Positions 10,456-20,887 of a DNA stretch of 64,000 bases are shown one piece after another. This DNA is from Gemmatimonadales bacterium. GTDB lineage: Bacteria; Gemmatimonadota; Gemmatimonadetes; Gemmatimonadales; GWC2-71-9. The first letter of the stretch is position 1; each line of letters begins with the position of its first letter. The notes beneath the pieces are model-generated. The model was given only the letters and a program-made list of their open reading frames with translations, did not search any database and was not told the DNA's origin. Both the position numbers and the translations under genes were made by a program. The DNA is taken from the NCBI GenBank assembly GCA_041577295.1, contig JBFGJG010000005.1, forward strand, positions 32,001-96,000, given 5' to 3'.

Positions 10456-11771
10456 CCCACGACGGCCAACTCCCGGGGCGCTTGGGCAAGCACCCCCGTG
10501 AACGTTGAGCCGGTGGTCCCGGTGAGACGCACCGTGCGGTACGTCCCGATCCATGACCGCGGTCCTTCAACGAGGACCACTTTGTTGGTGCGCGTCCGAC
10601 CTTGCAAGAGAACACCCCGTTTGGCCACACCCTCCACCAGCACCTCGAAGACCTGCCCCACCAGCGCCACGTTGCGACGCCTGGCCACCGCCCGCACCGT
10701 ATCAATGAGACGTTCCAACCGTGAGCCCGCCACATCAGCCGGCACTGGGTTGGGTAAGCGCAACGCACCGGTCGCATCCCGCGGCGAATACTTGAACGTG
10801 AATGCGTCGTCGAACCCCACCTCCCGCACCAGGCTCTCCGTCTGCTCGTAGTCCGAGTCTGTCTCTCCCGGGAATCCCACGATGATGTCCGTGGTGAGGG
10901 CGATCTGCGGGATGGCAGCACGGAGCTCGTCCACGACCCGGAGGTACTGCTCCCGATCGTAGCGCCGGCCCATGCGCTTGAGGACGTCGGACGAACCACT
11001 TTGCACCGGCAAATGCACGTGCTCGCACACGGCAGGCACGGTGGCCATCGCCTCGATGACACGTCGTGTGAAGTCCGTTGGATACGGACTGGTAAACCTG
11101 ATGCGACGGATTCCATCTACCCGTCCCACGGCACGAAGAAGATCGGCAAAGTCGTGCTGGCCGTCCTGATAGCTGTTGACCGTCTGCCCGAGCAGCGTGA
11201 CCTCGGTGACGCCATCTTCCGCGAGCGCGCGAATCTCACGGATGACATCGGCTAGCATACGACTCCGCTCACGTCCACGTGTCATCGGAACGACGCAGAA
11301 GGTGCACCGATAATCGCATCCTCGTTGCACCGTGACAAAGGCGCCGACACGCTCGTGCCGGCGCGGGGGGATGTCTTCGTAGTGCTCCCACGACTTGAAG
11401 TCCACCGCAGCGGAGCGCGCGCCAGCCAGGGCACCGTCGATCAGCTGGGGGAGCCCGCGATAGCCATCGGGACCGATCACCAGGTCCACCTGGGGTACTT
11501 GTGCGAGAAGGGTCTCTCCGAGGCGTTGCGCCATGCACCCGACCACACCGATCACAACACCAGGACGTTTGTGTCGCTTGAGCTCACCCATTCGCCCAAT
11601 CACCCGCTGCTCAGCGTTGTCGCGCACCGCACAGGTGTTCAGCAGCAGCACATCGGCACTTCCCGGGTCCTCCGTCGGAACGAACCCATCCCTCTCGAGC
11701 AGACCGAGCATGAGCTCCGTGTCCGCCACGTTCATCTGACAGCCGTAGGTCTCGATGTAAATCCGTTTCAC
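10452..11771 (-). CDS. miaB: tRNA methylthiotransferase MiaB
   Basis: IETYGCQMN, LNTCAVRDNAE, GCMAQR, radical-SAM RGCDYRCTFC and a C-terminal TRAM domain (GRTRTNKVV). Confidence 0.95.
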   Translation of the reverse strand: MKRIYIETYGCQMNVADTELMLGLLERDGFVPTEDPGSADVLLLNTCAVRDNAEQRVIGRMGELKRHKRPGVVIGVVGCMAQRLGETLLAQVPQVDLVIGPDGYRGLPQLIDGALAGARSAAVDFKSWEHYEDIPPRRHERVGAFVTVQRGCDYRCTFCVVPMTRGRERSRMLADVIREIRALAEDGVTEVTLLGQTVNSYQDGQHDFADLLRAVGRVDGIRRIRFTSPYPTDFTRRVIEAMATVPAVCEHVHLPVQSGSSDVLKRMGRRYDREQYLRVVDELRAAIPQIALTTDIIVGFPGETDSDYEQTESLVREVGFDDAFTFKYSPRDATGALRLPNPVPADVAGSRLERLIDTVRAVARRRNVALVGQVFEVLVEGVAKRGVLLQGRTRTNKVVLVEGPRSWIGTYRTVRLTGTTGSTFTGVLAQAPRELAVVG

Positions 11772-13030
11772 GACGTATTCACGAGGTCCGTAATGGGGTC
11801 CGCCATGAGCGCGTGGTTCTCGAGGCGCAGGCGTGCCGGGCAGCGGCCCAGAACCCTGCCGCCGGTGTGAAGATAGACGGGCAGGTAGTCCTCCGTCAGC
11901 CCCTCGAAGCGGCCCCGGGAGCGTTTGAGGATGATCACGTCGGCGGATTCGCCTGCGCGACTCGCCCGATACGCTGCGCCCTTCGCGTCGGCCAGGTCTC
12001 GCAACGCGGCCGCCCGGTCTGCAGTGATGCGCGGATCCACCGGCTGGCCGATCTTGCGCGCGGACGCTCCCGGCCGTTCCGAATATGGGAAGACGTGCAG
12101 GTAGGTGAACGGCAGCCGCTCGACGAGATCCAGCGTTGCTTGGAAGTCGCGGTGTTCCTCCTCGGGGAACCCCACGATGATATCGGCTCCGAGCGCAAAC
12201 CGCGGGATGCGAGATGCAAGGGACTCGACGCGGGCACGGTACGTCCGTTGCGTGTACCAATGCCGTCCCATGCGCTTGAGCAACCGATCGCTTCCCGATT
12301 GGAGTGGAGCATGCAGATGTGGGGCGAGCTGACGGGGCGCACTGACTAGCAGCTCGGCGAGCTGGTCATCGACCTCGGTCGCCTCGACCGAGGAGAGCCG
12401 GAACCGCACCGCCGGTACGTCGCGCACGAGACGTTCCACGAGCCCACCCAGCGACGAGCCGTCCGACCGATCTCGCCCATAGGTCCCGATGTGCACGCCG
12501 GTGAGCACAATCTCGGCGTGTGCTTCCGAGAGCGCCACGGCCTCACGCACGATCTCGTCGGGTGCGCGGGAACGGTTGGCACCGCGCGCGAGCGTGGTGG
12601 CGCAGAAGGTACAGTGCTCGTCACAACCGTCTTGGATCTTGAGCCAGGCCCTCGCCCCACGCTCGAAGCGTTCAAGCACGGCACCAGCCGCGCTCGTCGA
12701 GAGATCGAGCGCGTCGAGCACAGACGCGGCATCGGAACCGTTCACCACGCCGGTGACGCCGGGGAGGTCGGCAATGGTGCCGTCGTCGAGCGCTGCCGCG
12801 CATCCCATGACCACGGTGCGACAGTCGCGATTTTTCCGCGCGATCCGGCGAACGAGCGCCCGCATCTTCGCCTCGCTGACGTGAGTAACCGTGCACGAGT
12901 TCACGACGGCGCAGTCCGCGAGCCCAGGGTCATCCACCGCCACAGCACCGGCGGCCTCGAGTGCCTGCCGCACGACTTCCGTGTCGTACTGATTTGCCTT
13001 ACAACCAAAGGTGTGAAGGTAGACCCGCAT
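11768..13030 (-). CDS. mtaB: tRNA t6A37 methylthiotransferase MtaB
   Basis: TFGCKANQYD, NSCTVT, KIQDGCDEHCTFC, EIVLTGVHIG and LHVFPYSERPG. Confidence 0.9.
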   Translation of the reverse strand: MRVYLHTFGCKANQYDTEVVRQALEAAGAVAVDDPGLADCAVVNSCTVTHVSEAKMRALVRRIARKNRDCRTVVMGCAAALDDGTIADLPGVTGVVNGSDAASVLDALDLSTSAAGAVLERFERGARAWLKIQDGCDEHCTFCATTLARGANRSRAPDEIVREAVALSEAHAEIVLTGVHIGTYGRDRSDGSSLGGLVERLVRDVPAVRFRLSSVEATEVDDQLAELLVSAPRQLAPHLHAPLQSGSDRLLKRMGRHWYTQRTYRARVESLASRIPRFALGADIIVGFPEEEHRDFQATLDLVERLPFTYLHVFPYSERPGASARKIGQPVDPRITADRAAALRDLADAKGAAYRASRAGESADVIILKRSRGRFEGLTEDYLPVYLHTGGRVLGRCPARLRLENHALMADPITDLVNTS

Positions 13031-14160
13031 CAGGGAACCAGCGAAAGTCCGAGGGATAGCTGCCAGACGCGTTCGCGCGCGCCGGCGCCGTCGCGGAAGA
13101 TGCGTTCGAGGGAGGCCTCGATGAGCGCCCGATTCCCCGCGAAGGGATAGGCGGTTCCCGCCGCGGCGATCCACTCGGTGGGTTGATCGTCGTTGGGACT
13201 GAACGGCAGCTGCGCGTACCGCACCCCGAGCCGCAAGGGGAGTCGCGAGGCACCGACATCGGGACCACCGATCTCGACACCAGAACCGACCTGCCATGTG
13301 TCGAAGGATCTCGCGTCGGGGCTCTTTGTACGGGACCAGTTGCGCCAGGTCACCGTCGTGCTCCACCGGAGCGCCCGTTGCGGGGCCAATGCGAACCCGC
13401 CGGTGACCGATACGGGAAGCTGGACTCGCCCCACCACCACCGAATCAATGCTGCGGGAGAGACGCGTGTCCGTGCGGAGCGCAACCGAGAAACTCGCGCG
13501 CCTCGACAGCGCGAGATTTGCTCCGACCGACACCCCCGCCCCGGCGAACGACGCCTGGCTCGAGTCGCGCAGTGGTACAAAGGCACTATCGGAGAACTCG
13601 CGGATCGTCTTCAAGCGAGTCGACCCAGTGAGGATGTGCACCCCCGCGCCCACTTGCAGTCGACTGGTCACTCGCCAACCCAGGGCGGCCCGGACGTCAC
13701 TGACACCGCCGTCGGCTCTCAAACGGTCCTGGACCTCGACCGGATCTCCCCGAATGACGATGGTGTCCGTGCTCGTGACGTCGAACGTGCGATCGAGGTA
13801 GGGTCCAAACGACACCGCAAACGTCACCGGGCTCCTCCCCACGCCACCGGCGACCATCGCGTAGAGAAACCGTGTCTGCTGCAAGCCGTCGGCTTCCACC
13901 CCGCGCGATGCGAACGATCGCACCGAAGTCGTGGCGCTCGCGTTGACCGACAGGCGGCCAAACAGGGCAACCGTCGCGGGATTCACCGCCGAGCCGGCGT
14001 CGAACGCCGCAAGCCCCCGACCGAGGGCGCGGGTGCGGATTCCCACCGACTGATCGGGTACTCCGATACCTACCACGCCGAACACGGAGGTCTGCGCCTC
14101 GACGGATGAAGTCCCCATTACCACTGCCGCGATCAGCGAGACGATTGCGCGCGTGGTCAT
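13030..14160 (-). CDS. Predicted outer-membrane beta-barrel protein (FadL/OmpP1-like appearance)
   Basis: Signal peptide ending VEA-Q, RTRALG...NPATVA plug-like start, alternating amphipathic beta strands and a C-terminal WQLSLGLSL strand. Confidence 0.65.
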   Translation of the reverse strand: MTTRAIVSLIAAVVMGTSSVEAQTSVFGVVGIGVPDQSVGIRTRALGRGLAAFDAGSAVNPATVALFGRLSVNASATTSVRSFASRGVEADGLQQTRFLYAMVAGGVGRSPVTFAVSFGPYLDRTFDVTSTDTIVIRGDPVEVQDRLRADGGVSDVRAALGWRVTSRLQVGAGVHILTGSTRLKTIREFSDSAFVPLRDSSQASFAGAGVSVGANLALSRRASFSVALRTDTRLSRSIDSVVVGRVQLPVSVTGGFALAPQRALRWSTTVTWRNWSRTKSPDARSFDTWQVGSGVEIGGPDVGASRLPLRLGVRYAQLPFSPNDDQPTEWIAAAGTAYPFAGNRALIEASLERIFRDGAGARERVWQLSLGLSLVP

Positions 14161-15353
14161 GGCTGGAGCGTCGGGACGTAGGTGATCTGCAACGCCGGCC
14201 TCATGTCCGGCACTCGGCTCGAGGAGAAGCGGAACTCCCCAAAGGACGACGCCTCGGGGGTCACACGGATCACAAAGGAGCGAGGTGATTGCTCGTTGTT
14301 TTTCCAGGAGGCAACGATGTGTGTGATGTCGATCTCAACCGTATCCGACGCTCCCGTGGGCAGACGCGCGTTGCCGCGGTTTGGCACCAGCGTTGGTATG
14401 ATGGGAGACTTGGGTCCGAAGTCGGCCGACAGGGCTTCCGTCTGGACGTTGAGCGTGTCTTGCGGAGCTCCCGTCACAGGGCGCGTTGGCACCAGGATCA
14501 GCGTTGCCCGCACCACGTTTGATGAGTCGATGATTGCGCTCGGCAGCGCGACGCGAATGATCGATCGTGCGGACGGTGCACCTCCCACGGTCAACTCGTC
14601 GGGTGCCAGGTCGGGCAGCGGCGCAAAGACGTAGGTGGTAAAGTTTGCCTGGCGCGCCTCGTCGCGAAACACGATTTCCGCTCCCGCGGAGTCTACCTGA
14701 ACAAAACGCGTCAGAAGCGGGGGCTGTCCGCCGCCCAACGACCCAAGATTCATGAACGTGGGCGTAGGCGAGCGGAGTTCGACACCGATGGCCGTTACGC
14801 GTCCATCGGCATCGAAGGACGGAAAGGCATCACCGGGTAACAACACGAGCATTGGATCGCCACTCTCGACCGTGTCGTCGACAGCGATCGTGGTGATGAG
14901 CGTGCTGTCGTCGAGGAACGGCCGGACGTCTGCCAGGGCTACCGTCGAGTCGAGCGATGCCGGAAGGCGAAACAGCGCCAACTCCATCCCCTCGACCGGC
15001 GTGCGACGGTTGATGGTCAGCTGTAGACGAAATGAGTCGATCGCGACGACCTCTTCTCCGATGGTGTCACCCGAGACGAGAACGATGCGCTCGGAAAAGG
15101 CCGGAAACCGGATCACCGCCCAACTCGTGGCGCCGGTGTCCTCCCGTGCGAGCTTGAGCCTGGTACCACGAAACGCTTTGACGTATCCGCGAAACGCACT
15201 GTCCCGTACAATCCCGGTGCGGATCAGCGTGTCGATCACCGTGATGCGAGTGGACGGACAGAACTCCGGGCAGGCACCGGGTGCGGTGAGGTCCTCCTGA
15301 CACGCGCCCCAGAGGAGCACGGCCAGGCTAAGCCAAGCGAGTCGTCTTTCCAT
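14157..15353 (-). CDS. Predicted lipoprotein of unknown function
   Basis: Lipobox LWGA-C, beta-rich body and C-terminal PALQITY; coupled to the barrel gene. Confidence 0.7.
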   Translation of the reverse strand: MERRLAWLSLAVLLWGACQEDLTAPGACPEFCPSTRITVIDTLIRTGIVRDSAFRGYVKAFRGTRLKLAREDTGATSWAVIRFPAFSERIVLVSGDTIGEEVVAIDSFRLQLTINRRTPVEGMELALFRLPASLDSTVALADVRPFLDDSTLITTIAVDDTVESGDPMLVLLPGDAFPSFDADGRVTAIGVELRSPTPTFMNLGSLGGGQPPLLTRFVQVDSAGAEIVFRDEARQANFTTYVFAPLPDLAPDELTVGGAPSARSIIRVALPSAIIDSSNVVRATLILVPTRPVTGAPQDTLNVQTEALSADFGPKSPIIPTLVPNRGNARLPTGASDTVEIDITHIVASWKNNEQSPRSFVIRVTPEASSFGEFRFSSSRVPDMRPALQITYVPTLQP

Positions 15354-15615
15354 GCACCTCGAAGGAGTCCAGGATGGCCATGATCACCGCATCGACTGGA
15401 CGGTCTTTGGTCAGTGTGGTTTGGCGTGCGGAGGATCCGGATGCGTAGAGCACCACTTCACGCGCGCCGGCACCGACGGCGTCCACGGCGACGACGTACC
15501 CGCCGTCCGGCGTGAGATCTTCATTCAGATTCTCCACCACCAAGAACTTGACGCCGTCGAGCGACGGATCCTTTCGCGTCGCCACCACCGTACCGACGAC
15601 TCTACCCATCTTCAT
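15328..15615 (-). CDS. EutN/CcmL-family bacterial microcompartment vertex (BMC-P) protein
   Basis: [28 protein letters not shown]...[15 protein letters not shown]...GSSAR...[11 protein letters not shown] is a canonical BMC-P sequence. Confidence 0.93.
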   Translation of the reverse strand: MKMGRVVGTVVATRKDPSLDGVKFLVVENLNEDLTPDGGYVVAVDAVGAGAREVVLYASGSSARQTTLTKDRPVDAVIMAILDSFEVHGKTTRLA

Positions 15616-16001
15616 TTCACGAGATCCTTTCGGCCAAAGCTGACGGGCAACAGCTCGTCCAGGTGCCAGCGGCGCGAACCGCTCAGTCCCACCGCATCGA
15701 CAATCAGATGCCCGCCGAATTCGGCGAGGACCTGACGACACGCCCCACACGGCGCGACTGGCGTGCTGGCATCGGTGACCACCGCGAGACGTTTGAACCG
15801 CCGCGCGCCAGCCGTGGTGGCCGTGCCTACCGCAACACGCTCCGCGCAGTTCGTGAGACCGTAGGAAGCGTTCTCGACATTGGCACCCACGAAGATCTGC
15901 CCATCCTCCGCCTCCAACGCCGCCCCGACGCGAAATCCGCTGTAGGGCGCATACGCGTTCGCCATCGCCTCGCGAGCGGCAGCGATCAGTCGGTCATCCA
16001 C
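15612..16001 (-). CDS. cdd: Cytidine deaminase (homotetrameric type)
   Basis: [27 protein letters not shown] and PCGACRQ. Confidence 0.95.
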   Translation of the reverse strand: MDDRLIAAAREAMANAYAPYSGFRVGAALEAEDGQIFVGANVENASYGLTNCAERVAVGTATTAGARRFKRLAVVTDASTPVAPCGACRQVLAEFGGHLIVDAVGLSGSRRWHLDELLPVSFGRKDLVK

Positions 16002-17173
16002 GGCGCAACATCTCCCAAGAACGAGGACCCCGTATCGAGGGTCACACCAAAGTAGTCGGCAACCGTGGCACCGACGTCGGCGAACGTCCTGCGCACACCC
16101 AGATCCACCGCCCGGACACCCGGCCCAATAACCAGCACTGGAACCGCCTCCCGCGAATGATCCGTGGACGGCGTCGTGGGATCATTCCCGTGATCCGCCG
16201 TGAAGATCATCACGTCCCCGTCTCGCAGCAACGCGACGAGGTTGGGGAGCTCTTCGTCCAGCTCCCGAAGCCCCTGATAGAACCCCGCGACGTCGTTTCG
16301 GTGCCCCCATGTTTGGTCGAACTCGATCACGTTCGCGAAGAGAAACCCTTCGTCCATGGTTGCGAGGGCCTCTCGGATCATCGTGTACGCCTCGCCATTC
16401 GTGGGAGTGTGCCGGCTCGCGATGTTTCGGCCGGCAAAGAGGTCGTCCACCTTGCCGATGCCGCTACGTGGCACGCCTGCTTCCGCCAAACGATCGAGGA
16501 GCGTCGCTCGGGGGGGCGCCAGCGAAAAATCGCGACGGTGCGCCGTCCGTCGGAAGCTCTTCGGCGTGCCAATGAAGGGACGGGCGATGACCCGAGCCAC
16601 GGCGTCGGCACCCACGAGAATCTCGTCTCGCGCAGCCTGACAGGCGTCGTAGAGTTCGCGGAGTGGCACGACCTCTTCGTGCGCTGCGACCTGGAAGACG
16701 CTGTCGGCCGAGGTGTAGACGATCCAGTCGCCCCGCTCGAGATGATCTGATCCGAACTCCTCAATGATCGTCGTGCCCGAAGCTGCTTTGTTCCCCAGCA
16801 CGCCACGACCCGTGCGCTCCGCGAAAGCCGCGATCAGCCGATGCGGGAATCCAAGCGGATACGTTGGGAACGGCTCATCGAGCACCAATCCGCAGAGCTC
16901 CCAATGGCCCGTGGTGCTGTCTTTCCCCAGCGAGACCGGGTAGGCGATCCCGTGAGCCGCCTTGGCGTTCTTGCACGACATGCCTGCCAGGGGGCGGCAG
17001 CATCCGAGGCCCAGCGCCTCCAGGCGTGGCAGCTCGAAGCCCCCAACCGCGCTGGCGACGTTGCCTAGCGTGTTGCTTCCACCATCGCCGAAGGTCTCCG
17101 TATCCGGGGCGGTGCCGATACCCAGTCCGTCGAGGACAATCACGGCGCAGCGGCCGCGCGTGCGACGGCTCAC
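15986..17173 (-). CDS. deoB: Phosphopentomutase
   Basis: [46 protein letters not shown] and TADHGNDPT...STDHSRE. Confidence 0.95.
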   Translation of the reverse strand: MSRRTRGRCAVIVLDGLGIGTAPDTETFGDGGSNTLGNVASAVGGFELPRLEALGLGCCRPLAGMSCKNAKAAHGIAYPVSLGKDSTTGHWELCGLVLDEPFPTYPLGFPHRLIAAFAERTGRGVLGNKAASGTTIIEEFGSDHLERGDWIVYTSADSVFQVAAHEEVVPLRELYDACQAARDEILVGADAVARVIARPFIGTPKSFRRTAHRRDFSLAPPRATLLDRLAEAGVPRSGIGKVDDLFAGRNIASRHTPTNGEAYTMIREALATMDEGFLFANVIEFDQTWGHRNDVAGFYQGLRELDEELPNLVALLRDGDVMIFTADHGNDPTTPSTDHSREAVPVLVIGPGVRAVDLGVRRTFADVGATVADYFGVTLDTGSSFLGDVAPWMTD

Positions 17174-18246
17174 GGCCCGAGGTACTCCCTCCGCATCCGT
17201 CCTCCGAGACCGGTGAGAATCTCGTACGAAATGGTTTTTGCCCACCCGGCGAACTCATCTACCGTGATCTCGTCCCCTCCATCTCTGCCAATCACCGTGG
17301 CGACTTCCCCGACCCCGACCGAGGTCCGTTCGCTCGCCAGGTCGATCATGACCAGGTCCATCGTTACGCGGCCTACGATGGGACGGCGCACGCCACTCAG
17401 CAGTACATGCGCCCGTCCCTGGATCGCGCGGGGGATGCCGTCGGCGTACCCGATGCCGAGCGTGGCGATGGTCGTCCGGCGACTCGCTGCCCAGTCCCCT
17501 CCATAGCTGACGGTCTCCCCGCGGTGGAGCGTTCGGAGGCTCACCACTGGCGCGCGGACCGTCCCCACCGGTCGTGGCTCGGGCAGTCTAGTCCCTGCCC
17601 GTCCGCCGTAGAGAAAGATACCGGGCCGCACGAGGTCGAGTGTCTCACCCAGGCTGAAGGCGGCCGCGCTGTTGGCGGCGTGCAGCAGGAGTTTGCGCTG
17701 CGGCAGGACCGTCAGCGCTTGACGGAACCGGGCCCACTGCTGCTCGACCGTTTGGCTATCCGTGTCGGCTGCGAAGAAGTGGGTGAACGCGCCCTCCAGG
17801 TGCGGGACGTCGAAGTGCCCAAGGGTCGTCTGGGCGTCCCAGCGCACACCACACCGCCCCATCCCCGTATCGATCTCAAGGTGGAACGGCGCATTCCAGC
17901 GGGCGGCCAGATTTGGCTCGTCGATGACGGCGCGCAGGTCGTGGCGGGCGTACGCGTCCCACAGAGCGTCGATCGCCGGGGTAAAAACGAGAATGGGCCG
18001 GCGGATGCCGGCCGCTCGTAAGGCCGCGCCTTCCTCGACCGTCGCGACGCCGAATCCCCACGGGTCGAGGGTCTCGAGTGCCCTGGCCGCCGGCACCGCG
18101 CCGAGCCCGTATCCGTCGGCCTTCACCATGGGCAGCAACGCTGCACCGCCAGCAGCCTCTTGAACGGTGCGGGCGTTGGCCACCAGGTTGGCGAGGTCGA
18201 CCTCGAGCCACGCCCGATTCGTCTTTCGCTGCGTTGACACGGTCAC
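17170..18246 (-). CDS. alr: Alanine racemase
   Basis: MVKADGYG PLP-lysine motif, IDTGMGRCG, HAANSAA, VRPGIFLYG, VSYG and GRVTMD. Confidence 0.93.
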   Translation of the reverse strand: MTVSTQRKTNRAWLEVDLANLVANARTVQEAAGGAALLPMVKADGYGLGAVPAARALETLDPWGFGVATVEEGAALRAAGIRRPILVFTPAIDALWDAYARHDLRAVIDEPNLAARWNAPFHLEIDTGMGRCGVRWDAQTTLGHFDVPHLEGAFTHFFAADTDSQTVEQQWARFRQALTVLPQRKLLLHAANSAAAFSLGETLDLVRPGIFLYGGRAGTRLPEPRPVGTVRAPVVSLRTLHRGETVSYGGDWAASRRTTIATLGIGYADGIPRAIQGRAHVLLSGVRRPIVGRVTMDLVMIDLASERTSVGVGEVATVIGRDGGDEITVDEFAGWAKTISYEILTGLGGRMRREYLGP

Positions 18247-18263
18247 CGACGGACGGGTATTGT
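18234..18263 (+). promoter_or_regulatory. Putative sigma70 promoter for mazG
   Basis: TTGACA (18234-18239), 18-nt spacer, TATTGT (18258-18263). Confidence 0.6.
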
Positions 18264-18287
18264 ACCGGCGGCACTACGCAAATGCAA
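18259..18287 (-). promoter_or_regulatory. Putative sigma70 promoter for the alr-deoB-cdd-eutN operon
   Basis: TTGCAT (18287-18282), 17-nt spacer, TACAAT (18264-18259). Confidence 0.65.
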
Positions 18288-19073
18288 GAACCATCGACGC
18301 TTGGACGCATTGTGGAGTTGGTGCGCGACCTGCGGAATCGCTGTCCGTGGGACGCCGCCCAGACCCCGGAAACGCTTCGTCCCTATCTCGTGGAGGAGGC
18401 GCTGGAGCTCGATCACGCGATTGGGTCTGGTGACAGCGACGCGATTCGGGTGGAGCTGGGGGACGTGTTGCTGCATCTCGCGTTTCAAATCGTCCTAGGT
18501 GAGGAATCGGGGCAGTTTGGTGCGGAGGATGTGACCCGCACGGTCGAACAGAAGATGCATCGTCGACACCCTCATCTGTTCGGCAAGTCGGCCGCGGCAT
18601 CCGGGACGGGGCCCACTATCGAAGAGGTGGCGCAGCGGTGGGAACAGCACAAGGCAGCCGAGCGAGATCCCCACGCGAGCGTGTTAGACGGACTCCCTCC
18701 AACGTTGCCGGCAATCATCATGGCGTATCGACTCCAAGAACGCGCGGCCGGCATCGGTTTCGACTGGCCGGATGCAACAGGGCCCCTGGCGAAGGTCCGG
18801 GAGGAGACCGACGAGTTGACGACTGAGATGGCTGGCGACCCCTCTGCGCAGCGTGTCGCCGACGAAGTTGGTGATCTGCTGTTCGCCGTGGTCAACCTCG
18901 CGCGCAAGCTAGGGTGTGACCCGAGAGCGGCGCTGGAAAAGGCGAATCAGCGTTTTGAGGCACGCTTTCGCCAAGTGGAGGCGTTGGCCGCGGAGCGCGG
19001 AATCGACGTCAACCGCGCGAGCCTCGCGGTGCTGGATCGACTCTGGGAAGAGGTGAAGAAGAGTACGGAGTAG
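18282..19073 (+). CDS. mazG: Nucleoside triphosphate pyrophosphohydrolase MazG
   Basis: CPWDAAQT, LVEEALE, ELGDVLL, RRHPHLF, GFDWP, EVGDLLFAVVNLAR and LDRLWEEVK. Confidence 0.95.
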   Translation: MQEPSTLGRIVELVRDLRNRCPWDAAQTPETLRPYLVEEALELDHAIGSGDSDAIRVELGDVLLHLAFQIVLGEESGQFGAEDVTRTVEQKMHRRHPHLFGKSAAASGTGPTIEEVAQRWEQHKAAERDPHASVLDGLPPTLPAIIMAYRLQERAAGIGFDWPDATGPLAKVREETDELTTEMAGDPSAQRVADEVGDLLFAVVNLARKLGCDPRAALEKANQRFEARFRQVEALAAERGIDVNRASLAVLDRLWEEVKKSTE

Positions 19074-19136
19074 GTCCCTGCTCGATGCTCATTGGGGGGG
19101 TCGCGAGGTGGAAGGGTGTGTGGGCGGTAGGTGGGA

Positions 19137-20435
<1,299 letters not shown>

Positions 20436-20444
20436 GAGGCGGGT

Positions 20445-20473
20445 ATCGTAGTGAGGCCCCTATTGGGTGTCAA
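20445..20473 (-). promoter_or_regulatory. Putative sigma70 promoter for asnS
   Basis: Perfect TTGACA (20473-20468), 17-nt spacer, TACGAT (20450-20445), 9 nt before the ATG. Confidence 0.7.
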
Positions 20474-20475
20474 AC

Positions 20476-20511
20476 TAGAGGGGATAGGGGGGATAGAAGG
20501 GATCGAGGGGA
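20476..20511. repeat. Four imperfect 9-bp tandem repeats, consensus TAGAGGGGA
   Basis: TAGAGGGGA TAGGGGGGA TAGAAGGGA TCGAGGGGA in the asnS/phhB divergent intergenic region. Confidence 0.85.
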
Positions 20512-20554
20512 TGGTGTTAGGTTGCGAATCCTCACATCACGGAGTGTCGGGGTT

Positions 20555-20887
20555 ATGCCGAGTGAACTCGCTGCAAAACATTGTGTGCCGTGTCGGGGAG
20601 GAGTGCCGCCGTTGCGGGGTGGGGAGATCGATTCGTTGCTCAAGCAGTTGGGTGGGGATTGGCGTGCGGTTGATGGCCACCACCTGGAGAAAGAGTACCA
20701 ATTCAAAGACTTCAAGGGCGCGCTCGATTTTACCAATCGGGTAGGGGCGATTGCCGAGGAACAGGGGCATCACCCGGACATCTATCTGTCGTGGGGGAAG
20801 GTTGGCCTCAAGATCTGGACGCATAAGATCGACGGCCTCACCGAGAGCGACTTCGTATTGGCGGCGAAGGCGGATGGCGCTCTTTAG
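20555..20887 (+). CDS. phhB: Pterin-4-alpha-carbinolamine dehydratase
   Basis: CVPCRGG, EEQGHHPDI and WTHKIDGLTESDFVLAAK. Confidence 0.93.
   Translation: MPSELAAKHCVPCRGGVPPLRGGEIDSLLKQLGGDWRAVDGHHLEKEYQFKDFKGALDFTNRVGAIAEEQGHHPDIYLSWGKVGLKIWTHKIDGLTESDFVLAAKADGAL

Noticed and set aside
20476..20511. CRISPR array
   Set aside because: The units are 9 bp with no spacers, and there are no cas genes.
20555..20887. phhB as a mobile insertion (opposite strand, somewhat lower GC by eye)
   Set aside because: No transposase, terminal repeats or target-site duplication seen.
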